Shown: positions 15,106 to 29,118 of the stretch, piece by piece | Layout of the letters: each line of letters begins with the position of its first letter | How positions within the stretch are numbered: position 1 is the first letter of the stretch | Source: Eledone cirrhosa | Taxonomy: Eukaryota | Direction: 5' to 3' | Length of the DNA stretch: 64,000 nucleotides | Assembly: GCA_964016885.1 (NCBI GenBank) | Contig: OZ024743.1 | Location: forward strand, 324,136,001-324,200,000 | Made by a program: the position numbers and the translations under genes | The notes under the pieces: model-generated | What the model saw: the letters and a program-made list of their open reading frames with translations, nothing else | Database searches by the model: none | Told to the model about the DNA's origin: nothing

Positions 15106-15264
15106 GGGTTGGCATTAGGAAGAGCATCCAGCCTAATAAACCAAGACAAAATCAGTTTGGTGTGAGCAAAACACGGTCATCCACCTTGGCTTGTCTCATA
15201 ACGGGACAACTCATTTAAACCATGCTAGCGTGGAAAACGTGTGTTAAATGATGATGATGATGAT
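15106..15264 (+). mobile_element. RTE/SINE 3' end continuing the satellite
   Basis: GGTTGGCATTAGGAAGAGCATCC...CCATGCTAGCGTGG...(GAT)n. Confidence 0.8.
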
Positions 15265-16082
15265 ATGTCTCACTCTGTCCTTCAGAGAAACACTATATTT
15301 CACACTGCTACAGTCCACTCTGCTGGAATCTTCCTGGCAAGTATATTAATGGTACATATATCAGTGGAATGCTCAGCCACTTATACATTAATTTTACAGC
15401 TGCTCCAATGGTCAAGTAACTGAAACACTCATTATAGGTATTAATGGAGGTCCGACATATATCTATATTTGTGGTTCAGTGTGTGGGTGTACATATGTGT
15501 GTGTATGTGTTTGTTTGTATGCATTTGTTTCAGTGTGTGTGTGAGTGTGTGTGCATGCACGTGGTGTCTGTATGTGTCTGTTTATGTGCATGTGCACGTG
15601 TATGTGTGTATGAATGTGTTTGTGTGCATGTTTGTGTACGTGTGTATGTTTATGCTTTATTTGTGTTTCAGTGTATGTATATGTGTGTGTGTGTGCATGC
15701 ATGCACACGTGTATGTATGTGTGTGTGCATGTTTGTGTATGTGCGTATGTTTATGCTTTATTTGTGTTTCAGTGTATGTGTGCGTGTGCATGCAAGCACA
15801 TGTGTATGTATGTGTTCGTGTACATGTTTGTGTATGTGTGTATGTTTATGCTAACCTCAACAATGTGTTGAACCTCCATGAGTATTTCAGTTGTTTCGTT
15901 AATGGAACAGCCTGCTTATGAAATTAGTATAAAAGTGGCTGAGTATTCCCCAGATATGTGTAACTTTAATTCATTTTTCAACATGACACAGTATGTGACA
16001 AAGTCTTGTCCTTTGAATTATATGAATTATAGGTATAACTCATTTCTTCTACCTGAGTTGACAGGTCTAAAAGTCTGTCTAA

Positions 16083-16306
16083 ATCCTTTAGCATTTACAT
16101 TATTCTATATTTACTATTGTATTTGTGTGGTAAAGGCTTTATCTTACAATTATCTCACATAATATCAAAGCTATGAAATTTTGATATTACTTATTTTGAG
16201 AACAATACCTTAACATAAGTATGAGTTGCCAGTTATGGCCGGTTTGATCAGAAAGAGGTGAGAGAATTCTGGCTTGATATGACCAATTTAAATGCTAAAG
16301 GGTTAA
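16083..16306. mobile_element. TTAA-type (piggyBac-like) MITE
   Basis: TIR CCTTTAGCATTTA / TAAATGCTAAAGGG followed by TTAA; second copy at 24303-24531. Confidence 0.7.
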
Positions 16307-16309
16307 GCC

Positions 16310-16580
16310 ATTTAAGGCTCATCAGGCCGATGCTTATCCTGATTTCATGGTGTGAAGCGACATAAAATACAAGACTTCCCCATGGATAGGATACCAGTCC
16401 ATCGCATGGTTAAACACCCAGCTATTGTTGGTACTTACGTGTATCTTCAGCTGAGTATACTGGAGCAATGTAAAATGAAGTGTTTTGCTCAAGAACACAA
16501 CATACAACCCAGCCCAAGAATCGGACCCATGACATTACGATCGTAAGTCCAACACCTTTACCACTAGGCCAAGCACCCCC
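16310..16580 (-). mobile_element. tRNA-derived SINE with CORE/Meta-like central domain
   Basis: Reverse complement has A box TGGCCTAGTGG, a B-box-like GGTCCGATTC and GTGTTCTTGAGCAAAACACTT. Confidence 0.75.
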
Positions 16581-18297
16581 CATGCAGTTGACAGGAGCAG
16601 TGCGAAATAAAGTGTTTTACCCAAGGACACAATGTGCTTTCTTGGACCCAGAATCAAACCCAAGACTTTATGAAATTGAACTCAACATCATAACCACTTA
16701 GCCACAAACCTCCATATCCTAAACAATATATCATTAAATAAATACATAAAACAGGAGCAGGCTTTAATCCTTTTGATGCCAAACCACCTATAATTGCCCT
16801 TGGTTCTATAATAGAAAAGTCTTTATTTTAACCCTTTAGTTACCAACCCGGTCAAAACGGGCTCTGGTTCTATGAAATAAAACAACAAATTTTAAAGGTT
16901 TCCAATTTAAATTAAAATCTTCCAACATAATTTTATATTGAGTTACCATATTAGTAAAGAAATGATTAATAATTTTAGTAAACCCCTCAAAATTCTTCAT
17001 TAATTAATTAAAATAGAGTGTATTTCATTAGAAATATGGCCATGAAAGGGATAAAGTGTTTATATTTTCTAAGAACATTTCATCATAATTCTATGTAATA
17101 ACCGTTGTTATGTTCTAAATACCAGTTTGATAATTAGTTATATTACTAACCCCAACAAATTCTTGATTATTTCCAAAATTATTTGAAAGTCATATACAGT
17201 ATCTTTTATTAGAAATATAGTAATGAAAGGGTTAAAGTGATAAAGGCAAACTAAATAATGTGTAGCTACAATGATGTGTAATATCATACTCAGACAGACT
17301 AGTAGATGTGTAGCTGTGATGTTGTGTAACAATATACACAGGTAGATGTGTAGCTGTGATGTGTAATAACACACTGACTGACTAATAAATGTGTAACAGA
17401 GGTGATGTGTAATATCACACTCAGACATTATGTAATAACACACACACACACACAGACACACATATATATGTGTAGCTGTGGTGCTGTATCATAACAAAGA
17501 CAAATAAACGTGTAGCTGTGGTAATGTGTAATATCACACAGACATTGTGTAATAACACACAGACAGGCTAATAAATGTGTAGACTAATCAATAATGACAT
17601 GGCATACAATGACTCAGAGAAATTGTCAATACACCTTTATCTACCAACTGTCAATACACCTTGATCTACTAATAAACATGGTAAGATTGATAAAAAAAGA
17701 ACATACACAAAAAGAAGAAAAAAAGCAGAGCAGAAAGAACATTTCTTAATTTGTAACATACAACAAATTGCCTTCAGTCTTTTACAAGATTAGAATGATC
17801 AAATTAATTCTGCTTCTTACTGTCTTTCTTTCATTCTTTCATTAGCATTGTATCAATGTTCACAATTTGGTAATATTAAGGGTTTTATTTTATACAACAA
17901 ACACAAATGACAAGCTGTTAACTATAGGACCCTTGGAGGTAATTAATGGCAAATACAAACATGCTAATAAAATAAGTGCAATTAAAGAACAAAACCTGCT
18001 TTGTTCTGGCGCTAAAATGTTAAATTGCAAAGAAATTGCTACAAGGAATGGTAACACTAAACTAAAGTGGAAAGTAACCTTCTTGTGGATATTGTGACTC
18101 ATTGAAGGAGTACCAAGCAATTAGAAAAAGAACTTTAGAAAATTAATTAAACTTCTAGGTCATAGTTTAATTATTGCTGAAATACATATTTAAACAACTG
18201 TTCTCTGAAGTAGATGAGAAATAATATGGTCATGCGGATAAGGATTCAACTAGAGCTTCTGCGTTTGTACCTGCTACAGGTGTTCTGTTTTGAAGCA

Positions 18298-18351
<54 letters not shown>

Positions 18352-18427
18352 AAAATCAAACAAATAACAACATAGTACAGTGAAGACATATATTATTAGT
18401 TTTACGCTTGGTTTAGTAGGAAAAGAG

Positions 18428-18462
18428 TCTTAACGTTCTGGACACTAGTCCTTCATCAGAAA
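18428..18462 (-). ncRNA. Degenerate minimal hammerhead ribozyme (Penelope-type)
   Basis: Reverse complement TTT-CTGATGA-A-GGAC-TAGT-GTCC-A-GAA-CGT-TA-AGA; one core A is missing. Confidence 0.5.
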
Positions 18463-18836
18463 ATAGAATGAGAAATTAAAGAAAAGATATAAAGATATAT
18501 ATGTGGGGGAGGGGGGGGGTAATAGAAAAAAAAACAAATATTGATCTGCTCCTCCTGTATAAAGCCAGACAGTAGCCAACATAATCTTTTGTAATATTTT
18601 TATGTAACTATATAGTTCTTCTACTGATACAGAGCTTCCTTACCATTTGTTGATTATTACACAACATTAAATATCAAAAAGTAACAATAACAAAGACATT
18701 TACTCTATAAAGCAGTTGTTAGCATTAGGCAGGGCATCCAGCCATAATAGCAACACTAGAAGGGGAATGTATAAGTAATATGTGTTTCTTACCTAAAATT
18801 ATAAGGTAATGGCTTCAGATAAATATAAATACTTTA

Positions 18837-18954
18837 GCAGTATCTTTCATTAGAAATATAGTAATGGAAGGATTAAAGTCATCATCATCATAAAATGAAA
18901 TGATGATGATGACTTTAATCCTTCCATTACTATATTTCTAATGAAAGATACTGC
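18837..18954. repeat. Perfect inverted repeat, 55-bp arms with 8-nt spacer
   Basis: 18837-18891 is the reverse complement of 18900-18954. Confidence 0.92.
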
Positions 18955-20392
18955 CAATCATTTTCAAATAATTTTGAAAGTAATCAAGAATTTGAAAAAA
19001 ATTTAGTAATATAACTTACTTTCTCATTAAGTAGTGTTTGGAACATAAAGGTTCTTAAATAGAATGATGGAATGTTTTAGATAAATGTTTCATCCAGTAT
19101 GCATGGGAAGGCATAATTATAATGTAAGACATGCCTATGATTTTCAAATAATTAGGAGAGGCTTAATAATATAACTAACTTTCTTATTAATTAACTGGTG
19201 CTTGGAGCATAACTTATCAAAGGTTTTTTTAGAGAATTATGATGGAATGTTTTTAGATAAATGGAAATACTTTAAAATAGACAGTTTTATATTGAAAAAC
19301 TAGGAGCAATTTCAAACAATTTAGTATCAAAAGGTTAACAATAAAATTATGATGGAAAGTTTTAAAATAAATTTCAACATTATAAAACAAACAGCATTGT
19401 ATCAAAGAAGCAAGGATGAGTTTCAGGAAATTTGGTATCAAAAGGGTTAAAGATCAGATTGATTTTACTGAGAGTTCAATGCTATCCTCACCATTATTCC
19501 TCATGTTTGAAATCAGCCATTTCAGATTGCACTTTCATCCATTCAATCCATTTTTATCCCATTTAGGCAACTACCAAAGACATTTCCTTTTCATGTACCA
19601 AGTCAGACATCAAAAAGCCATATATTTTCCATCTCTCTATTCACAGTCAGCTCCAGAATTTCTATTGAGGCACCACCTACATATTTTCTGTCTCTCCATT
19701 CACAATTAACCTCAGAAGTGTTATTAAGACACCATCTAGTTCATTCTTTATGACTACCTTTTTCATCCATTGTTTTTTTTATTTCTTCCTATTATAATAA
19801 ACACAACTTGTTGCTGTAAATAGTGACACCTCCAATATAACAACATATCATATCACAAGATTATTAACTTTGCCTCTCATCCTTACAGGGTCGATAAAAT
19901 AAAGTACCAGTAATACACTGGGATAATTGCTGGCCTTGTGCCAAAAGTAGAAACAATTATAACTACCTATTCTCTCAATATCACTATAGTATATCTGCCT
20001 ATAATGTCAATAATGATAGCTATGATGATGGTGATGATGGTGGTGGTGATGGTGGTGGTGGTGGTGATGATGGTGGTGATGGTGATGATGGTGGTGATGG
20101 TGGTGATTTATGAAAACAATTAGATAGAGTGGAACAATTCAAAAGCAATGTCAAGCATTCTTGAAGTGTGTAACTTCAGAGATTGAAGAAACTACAAGAA
20201 TTACCCATAAATTATTCCGAACAAAGCCAGACAGAGAGCAATTATCAAACTGCGACATTTAAAAAAAGCCATTATTGTCGAAAGTGGGGGCCCTTGTGCT
20301 TCTTGCAATGGGCTTCTCAGAATGTGAGACTGTGTATGTATCTGTGTGACTATGTATGCATGTGACTGAGTATAAATATATATATATATGTA

Positions 20393-20459
<67 letters not shown>

Positions 20460-20474
20460 ATATATGTTTGCATT

Positions 20475-20720
20475 TGAGTGGCCTAGTGGTAAGGGTGTTG
20501 GACATATGATCATAATGTCATGGGTTCAACTCCTAGAGCAGGTTGTGTGCTGTGTTCTTGAGCAAAGCCCTTCATTTCATGTTGCTCCAGAATATTCAGC
20601 TAAAAATGAATACCAACAATAGAGTGGCGCCCTGTCCAGTGAGGAGTTTTGTACTCTCAGTTGCTTCATGCCATAGAAACAGGAATATGCATTGGCCTGA
20701 TGAGACTGGCTTCAGACAAA
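20475..20720 (+). mobile_element. tRNA-derived SINE
   Basis: TGGCCTAGTGGT A box, GGTTCAACTCC B box, GTGTTCTTGAGCAAAG core. Confidence 0.75.
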
Positions 20721-21419
20721 CTTTTTAGATATGTTGATACAGCATGGCTGAATGGGTAAGGGGTTTTCTCCACAATCATTAGGTCCTGGGTTTGATCCCA
20801 TTGTATGGCATCTTAGACAAATGTTATTTACCATACCCCAGGTCAACACATTCCTTGTGAGTGAAATTGGGTAGACAGAAACTGTATGGAAACCCATCGA
20901 ATGGATTGTACCTACAATTCAATGGGTCAACCTCATTAGTTACTGTATTACACTGAATCTCCCTGACAAATATGAGAAAGTTGATTGAACAGCTGGAATG
21001 CTCATAATTAAAATTGACACAGCTCCATTCTATGTCAGCATGTATGCGTATGTATTTTTGTGAGTGCGGTAGGGTATGTGCATGTGTGTATGTATATTGT
21101 ATATGTATGTCTTTATGTATCTTATGTGTGTGTGTATGTATGTATGTGTGTGTATATGTATGCAAGTATCTGTGTCTGTATATGCATGTATGTATGTTTG
21201 AAAGTATGTATGCATGTGAGTGTGTATGTATGAATCGGTGTGTATACATGTGTGTGTGTGTGTATACATGTGTGTGTGTGACTAAATGATTTCTAAATCA
21301 TTATTGTCTCCTACATAACAGATAAAAGAAGAAGAGGGGGAATAAGAAGAAACTAAAGTGATGTGAATGGTTTATAAATACATATATGTTATCTCAGAAA
21401 TTACTGTTTTTATGTTGAA

Positions 21420-21990
21420 CATCATCCCTACCACTAATAACACCACTATCATAACCTCTACCACTAACATTACCATCATAACTACAATGCTGACCACCAC
21501 TACCACCATCATAACCACTACTATCATAACCACAACAATCATAACCACTATCATAACCACTACCATCATCATAACTCCGATCAGCCCCACCATCAAAACC
21601 GCTACCATCACCATCAAAACTACAATGCTAACCACCATCACCACCACCACCACAACCACTAACATCACAACCACCCCATCATTACCATTACCACAATCCC
21701 CCACATGAACAACATCAACCACCACTGCCACCATCACCATATAACTACCATCCTAACCCCTACTTCCACACTGATCATGATCATAATCGCCTCTAACACT
21801 ACTAACACTACCACCACCACCAATGTCTTACAGTTTATTCTAAATGCCACATAAATCAGACAAGTCTCTTTGATTTATGTGGCACCATTCATTCTACATT
21901 CTCTAATTTGTCCACCCCACCTACTTTTGTAGTCCACCACCATACACTACCCCAATCACCACCACCATACACCACTACAACCACCACCAG
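21420..21990. repeat. (CAC/CAT)n-rich low-complexity tract
   Basis: Visible directly. Confidence 0.8.
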
Positions 21991-22469
21991 TTAACATTCA
22001 CTTTGTTTAAACTGGAATTATCACTGATCCATTCTCACCATTTATGTTCATTGCCTTCCCACATCAATTCAGTTCTATATATAATTTGTCTACTCAGGAC
22101 TGGTGCTACCATTAAGGCCAACTAGGCAGCTACCTAGAGTGCAGACCTCAGAGAGATGCATTACATATAGGATCAAAGTTCCATACACATTTGTATAATT
22201 AAATGAAATATTTAATTTCTTGTGATCAATAAATATATTATCAATAATCTTTATATAGCAGTGTTGTAGAGATAACCAAGGGGGGGGGGGGGGGGGGGGT
22301 CATAATGTGGTTGAGAGTGGACTATGTTGTGGAAAATGCAGGTTTAGTAATTTTCTTAGTGCAGTCAGATCAAGAAGTCTCAAAAACTAGGTTTTTCAGC
22401 TTACCAAACTGTAAGTTGAAATTTTTTTTATTTGGAAAAATTGGGGTGTATTGGTATTTACACAAGACA

Positions 22470-22930
22470 GTCCATTCCATAAAGTGGTAGTGCCGGTGAC
22501 ATGATAAATACAGTGAGTTCACTCTGTAACATATTAGTGCCAGTGACACAATAAAATACTCACAATCTACCTTGTAAAGTGGTAGTGCCAGTGACACGAT
22601 AACCTGCATCTAATCCACCTCTTAAAGTGGTAGTGCCAGTGACATGATAAAATACACACAATCCACTTTGTAAAGTGGTAGTGCTATTGACACAATAAAA
22701 TGAACCCAGTCCACTCTATAAAGTGGTAGTATGGGTGCCACTCTAAAATGTACCTAGTCCACTTTATAGAGTGCGAGTTCAGGCGCCATGATAAAATGCA
22801 CCTTAAAAATTATATCGCACTGCAACATACGAGGAAGATCTGGTCATGTGACCTGTCTAGTTTCAGAATGACAATCCATCCAATACATGCCAGTGTAGAA
22901 AACATGTAAAATGATGATAATGATGATGAA
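22470..22930 (+). repeat. Degenerate ~50-bp tandem array of the RTE UTR module ending in an RTE-type tail
   Basis: Repeated TAAAGTGGTAGTGCCAGTGACAYGATAAAA, then CATGCCAGTGTAG...ATGATAATGATGATG. Confidence 0.65.
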
Positions 22931-23339
22931 AGCATTGGCCAAGCCAAAGTTATGGTAGAAGAGAGTTGCCCAAGGTACTGCAAGGTACTGAATCCAGAGC
23001 CATGTGGTAGTAAAGCAAATCTCTTCACTACATGTCTATAACATAAATATTATCTAAATGCCAAACCTCAACATTTAATCTAAGCGGGGAGGGTGCAGTG
23101 TATGTTAGTCATGCTAAATATGTGAAAAACACAGGAAAATTTTTTTTAGTGATTTTAATACCACCACCACCTCTACCACCCCATTCCCACCAATACTACT
23201 ATCACTATCACCACACATATTGGTATTTACACTACACAGCAGATGTCAGCTGTTCAAATGTGCAGTTACCACCACCACCCCCACCAATGTCACCAACAAC
23301 AACAACGTCACCACCATTATTACTATTACTATTATTATT

Positions 23340-23379
<40 letters not shown>

Positions 23380-24302
23380 ATCAAACTTCTTATCACTTTA
23401 AAACATCTTTTCACCATTTAAATTTTTTTTTCAAATTCTTAAAATCTCATTCAACAGAAAAAAAAACTAACAAAATAAGGGATATTATTTTTTTTTACCA
23501 TTTTACAAATTCTTAAATAAAACATTTGATAATTTGTTATTTGTTTTACTCTTTCGTCACCATATTTCAAATGAAAGACACAGCCTATGGTTTCCAAATA
23601 ATTTTGAAAATATTCAAGAATTTGGAGGAATTTAATAATATAACTAACTTTTTCATTATTAAGTTGATGTTAGAAACAGTTATATAAAATTACGATGATA
23701 GGATTTTAGCCATATTTTATATGAAACACTGCCTTTAATTTTAATATCATTGTGAAAATAATCAAGAATTTGGAGCGATTTAATAATATAACTAACTAAC
23801 TTTCTGGGTTAGTGTTTGGAGCATGACATAAAATTATGATGGAATGTTTTTATATAAATGTTAAAACAGTTTTGTATCGTATAAATAGGTCAGGTTTTAG
23901 GGGGTTTGGAATCAAAAGGGTTAAATAACAATTCAAAAATTTTAACAAAATTCTCCTAAATGAAATATTAGCCACAACATAACTTTACTTCATGTCTAGT
24001 GACTACCTTCTAATTTATCTTGCCACAGTCAACTTTGCCTTTCATCTTTTGAGAGTTGATAAATTAAAGTACCAGTCCTAGGGTGGTAGATTGATAGAAT
24101 TGTTAGAGTGTCAGACAAGATGCTCCGTGGTATTGTTCTGGCAATCTGTGCTCTGAGTTCAAATCTTCCCAAGATCAACTTTACCTTTCCTCCTAGGGGC
24201 AGTGGATTGGTTGAATTTTTTGAGAACTATATCATACAACAAAATTATTTTTGACAAGGTTCTCTGTAGACAAGGTTAATTTAACTTTTGTAGAATATTA
24301 AT

Positions 24303-24531
24303 TTAACACTTTAGCATTTACAATACTTTATATATACCATTATATTTTCACGGTAAAGGCTTTATCTTACACAATTGTCTCACATAATATCGAATCTACG
24401 AGATTTTTAGATTATTTATTTTGAGAACAATACCTTAACATCAGTATGAGTGGCTAATTTCAGCCAGTTTGAACAGAAAGAGGTGAGAGAATTCTGGCCT
24501 GATACAGCTGGTTTAAATGCTAAAGGGTTAA
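24303..24531. mobile_element. TTAA-type MITE, same family as 16083-16306
   Basis: TTAACACTTTAGCATTTA...TAAATGCTAAAGGGTTAA with a matching interior. Confidence 0.75.
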
Positions 24532-24774
24532 GAAACAACTTATGAATCAACAGAGTTGTTGAAGCACAGGACAGAATATCTTGTGGTATTTTACTCAGGC
24601 TATTTGTGCTCCGAGTTCAAATCCTGTAGAGGTCAACTTTGTCTTCCATCTCTTTGAGATGGTGAACCCACAGAATAATTTGACTGTTGGATTAGATGTA
24701 GTGCAGTATTTGTTCTGACTCTTTGCATTCTAAGTTCAAATTCTACTGTAGTTCATTTGCACCCCAATTTAACA

Positions 24775-25415
24775 CTACCTGACCCCTTTGTGGTAGACTT
24801 AATATATCACCTGGTTTAATTCCACCATTAGACCTCTTTGTGTGGTAAACTTAATCTGTCACCTGGTTTAACACTACCGCCAGACCCTTGTGTGGTAGAC
24901 TTAATCTGTCACCAGGTTTAACACCACCATCAGACCCTTGTGGTAGACTTAATCTGTCACCAGGTTTAACACCACCATCAGACCTTGTGTGGTAGACTTA
25001 ATCTGTCACCAGGTTTAACACCACCATCAGACCTTGTGTGGTAGACTTAATCTGTCACCAGGTTTAACACCACCACCAGACCCTTGTGTGGTAGACTTAA
25101 TCTGTCACCAGGTTTAACACCACCACCAGACCCTTGTGTGGTAGACTTAATCTGTCACCAGGTTTAACACCACCATCAGACCTTGTGTGGTAGACTTAAT
25201 CTGTCACCAGGTTTAACACCACCACCAGACCCTTGTGTGGTAGACTTAATCTGTCACCAGGTTTAACACCACCACCAGACCCTTGTGTGGTAGACTTAAT
25301 CTGTCACCAGGTTTAACACCAGACCCTTGTGTGGTAGACTTAATCTGTCACCAGGTTTAACACCACCATCAGACCCTTGTGTGGTAGACTTAATCAGTTT
25401 CCTGGTTTAATTCCA
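24775..25415. repeat. ~50-bp minisatellite (~13 units)
   Basis: Unit CCCTTGTGTGGTAGACTTAATCTGTCACCAGGTTTAACACCACCACCAGA. Confidence 0.92.
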
Positions 25416-25461
25416 CTACATGAAACTACGATAGACTTGATCTAAAGATGCAATATATGTT

Positions 25462-25962
25462 AATAATTGTTCCTACTTTAGGTACAAAGCCAGCAATTTC
25501 TGGTGCTTTATTTTATCAACACCATAAGGATGACAGGCAAAGCTAACCTTGGCAGGATTTGAACTCAGAACGCAAGGGGCCATAACTCTGCTGCAAAGCA
25601 TGGTGTCTGACGCACTACCGAAATTGCCAATCCACTGCCCAGTATGTTAATAAGTGTTTCTACTTTTGGCACAAGGCCAACATTTACCCCAGTGCATTAC
25701 TGATGCTTTATTTATCTACCCTGTAAGGATAAAAGGCAAAGTTAACCTCGGCAGAATTTGAACTCGTATAGTATGTTAATAATTGTTTCTACGTTAGGCA
25801 CAAGGCCAGCAATTATCCAGTGCATTACTGTTACTTTATTTTATCGACCCCGTAAGGATGAAAGGCAAAGTCAACCTCGGCGGGATTTGAACTCAGATCG
25901 TAAAGGGACATAACTATGCTGGAAAGCATGGCGTCCGACCCTCTACCGATACTGCCAATCCA
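25462..25962 (-). mobile_element. Three tandem tRNA-derived SINE copies with Nin/Deu-like domain
   Basis: Reverse complement GAGTTCAAATCC...GACTTTGCCTTTCATCCTTACGGGGTCGATAAAATAAAGTA; further copies near 33400, 38750 and 45670. Confidence 0.7.
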
Positions 25963-26364
25963 CATAATGCAAAGAAATTATGCCCACTGCTAAACAGTGC
26001 TTTTGGCATCATGTGTTGCACATTTACATACACAATCTGTTTCAATTCCAGTTGTAAATTTTCATGTATGTATCCCTTTTGGTCGAAAGACACCTGCACA
26101 TTTTCCTGTTCATTCTTTGTGTTGTTATCGTCTCACATGCATCACAGCAACAGAGCAGCTTCCAATCTGTTGCACAAACTGGCATTACAAGTGCAGTACC
26201 ACCTTAATGCGTGAAACTGCACAGCCAGCAATGTGGCTGACGAGATAACGATGTGTTTGTCAGTTCATGTTATGTAATTCAGTGTAGTTTCTGCTGATAT
26301 ACACACACTAGAGATAAACTGTGGCGTAAAAATGATAATTTAATATAGCAAGAAGTCTTGATAT

Positions 26365-27735
26365 GGCGTTGTTGTTGGTGGTGGTGTGTGTTGTGTGGTG
26401 GTGTGTGTTGTGTGGTGTTGGTGTGTGGTGGTGTGTGGTGGTGGTGGTGTGTGTTGGTGGTGGTGTGTGGTGGTGGTGGGTGGTGGTGGTGTGTGGTGGT
26501 GGTGTGTGTTGGTGGTGGTGTGTGTTGGTGGTGTTGGTGGTGGTGTGTGGTGGTGGTGGTGGTGTGTGTTGTGTGGTGGTGGTGTGTGTGGTGGTGGTGT
26601 GTGTGGTGGTGGTGGTGGTGTGTGTTGTGTGGTGGTAGTGGTGTGTGTTGTGTGGTGGTAGTGGTGTGTGGTGGTGGGTGGTGTGTGTTGGTGGTGGTGT
26701 GTGTTGGTGGTGGTGTGTGTTGGTGGTGGTGTGTGTTGGTGGTGGTGTGTGTTGGTGGTGGTGTGTGTTGGTGGTGGTGTGTGGTGGTGGGTGGTGGTGT
26801 GTGTTGGTGGGTGGTGGTGTGTGTTGGTGGTGGTGTGTGGTGGTGGTGGTGGTATGTGTTGCTGGGTGGTGTGTGGTGGTGGGTGGTGTGTGGTGGTGGT
26901 GTGTGGTGGTGGGTGGTGTGTGGTGGTGGTGGTGGTGTGTGTTGGTGGTGGTGTGTGGTGGTGGTGGTGTGTGTTGCTTGGTGGTGGGTGGTGTGTGGTG
27001 GTGGTGTGTGTTGTGTGGTGGTGGTGGTGTGTGTTGTGTGGTGGTGGTGGTGTGTGGTGGTGGTGGTGGTGTGTATTGTGTGGTGGTGTGTGTTGGTGGG
27101 TGGTGGTGTGGTGGGTGTCGGTGGTGGTGTGTGGTGGTGGTGTGTGTTGGTGGTGGTGTGTGGTGGTGGTGGTGGGAAAGAGAGAGAGAAGGAGGAACAA
27201 ACAGATAAAAAAGAGAGGCTGTTGGTTCTTGAAACAAAGTGATTGGATTAACACCATCACCACCACACATTAACAATACCATCACCACTAATACCACACT
27301 CCACCACCAACAACAGCAACACTGACATTGCACAACAATACAACACATCACTACCGCCACCACCACTAACACCACACACTAACCCGAACCCTGCCACCCC
27401 CACCATCACCACTAACACCACATAATAACCCCTACCACCATCACTAACACCACACACTAACCCAAACCTCACCACCTCCACCATCACCACTAACACCACA
27501 CAATAACCCCTACTATCACCACTACCACCATCACCACTAACACCACACAATAACCCCTACCACCACCACTAACACTACACACTAACCCGAACCCCCCCCC
27601 CCCACCATCACCACTAACACCACATAACCCCTACTATCACCACTACCACCGCCACCACTAACACCACACATTAACCTACCACCACCACCACCACCACCAC
27701 ACACTAATCTGACCACCACCACCACCACCACCACC
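26365..27735. repeat. (GGT/GT)n tract followed by an opposite-polarity (CAC)n tract
   Basis: Visible directly; the ORFs here are low-complexity artefacts. Confidence 0.9.
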
Positions 27736-27893
27736 AGATGGTAACAGATCAACAGATCTGGTGGGTGTATTGAACAGTGTAGTCAAGCTAAGCTATAGAT
27801 GACTCAAGTTATATATTCTCTCTTCTATAAGTGTGGTTGTCAGGGCAACTAGAGAATGTATATAGGGAGCTAGCCAACCCCAGCCATACACAC

Positions 27894-27937
<44 letters not shown>

Positions 27938-29118
27938 CATATATGGTTATACAAGGCAACAGGAGAATATAAATAGGGAGCTAGCCACAGACACACACAT
28001 ACAGATATTTACACACACGCACACACATACACATTATATGTGTGTGCAAGGCAACTAGTAAAATATAAATAGGGATTCAGTTCCAATCACACATAATACA
28101 CATATACCATATATATGTATTTGTATGTATGTGTGTGCATATATGTATGTAAGTATGTTCACAGAAATGCACGTACACACATAGTTTGTAAATATAAATA
28201 GGGATCTAGTCAGTCACTCTCACACACACATATATACACACACATAATTTGTAAATATAAATAGGGATCTAGTCAGCCACACACATGTCAGAGCAACTAA
28301 TGAATAAAAAGAGTGATACAGAATAAGCCGCGCACACACACACTTGAACACATACACAGAAATACACACACACACGTTGTTGGTAAAAATAGGGAACTAA
28401 CCAACCAATACACATGCATCGAAATGCTTACACACATACATACACACACATGCACAGAAAGGCTTATACACACTCACAAACAGAGAAAGGCACACACAAA
28501 TTGTTTTGTTTCTAAATAAAATCCACGAGATGTGGGAGGAGGAGAGGAAGGTAAAAGGTATCTAGACATATGGGAGATAGGTAGGTATGGAAGGAGGATG
28601 TGTGTGGTTATTACACCATAGCAACCCATAAACTGACATATCTGGCAGTGACTATGAACATTTTATTGGCAATCACAGTATCTTTGAACACACATGTTCA
28701 TACAGTGAACACACACACACACATATATATATATATCCCTATGTGGTTGACGGCTGAGGGAAAAGAGTACTCAATACTGAAGAAGAGTTTTAATATTTGT
28801 TTTATTAAGGCTAAATAGTGAGTCTTGTTACTCTGGAGTTTTGCCTGTTTATCAATAAATTGACCAGGATTTTTTCATTCTGATGATTGAAAGCAAAATG
28901 TTTTGCTTTTAAGAAACCACTGGTAAATGGAATAATTGCCTTATGTTGTTTATTACATAACTATATATATATATATATATATATAAACGTTTGAACCTAG
29001 AAGGCCAGAACAATGCAGGTATGGATATAGAATATAAATACAAATGCAAAAGATATTGCTGACAATTAGTCTCTTCTTCTGAGGGAAACTACCATTTCCT
29101 TTTATACATATATATATA

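Noticed and set aside
14044-15218. Repeat-protein ORFs or a CRISPR-like array
   Set aside because: Head-to-tail 48-bp satellite with no unique spacers and no cas genes; open frames arise because 48 is divisible by 3.
24775-25415. CRISPR-like appearance
   Set aside because: No variable spacers; eukaryotic context.
25965-26340. Unique-looking stretch as a possible terminal exon
   Set aside because: All frames after the candidate acceptors stop within about 20 codons and no recognisable peptide appears.
26308-27375. His/Pro/Thr-rich extensin-like ORFs
   Set aside because: Simple (GGT/GT)n repeat that is open in all frames.
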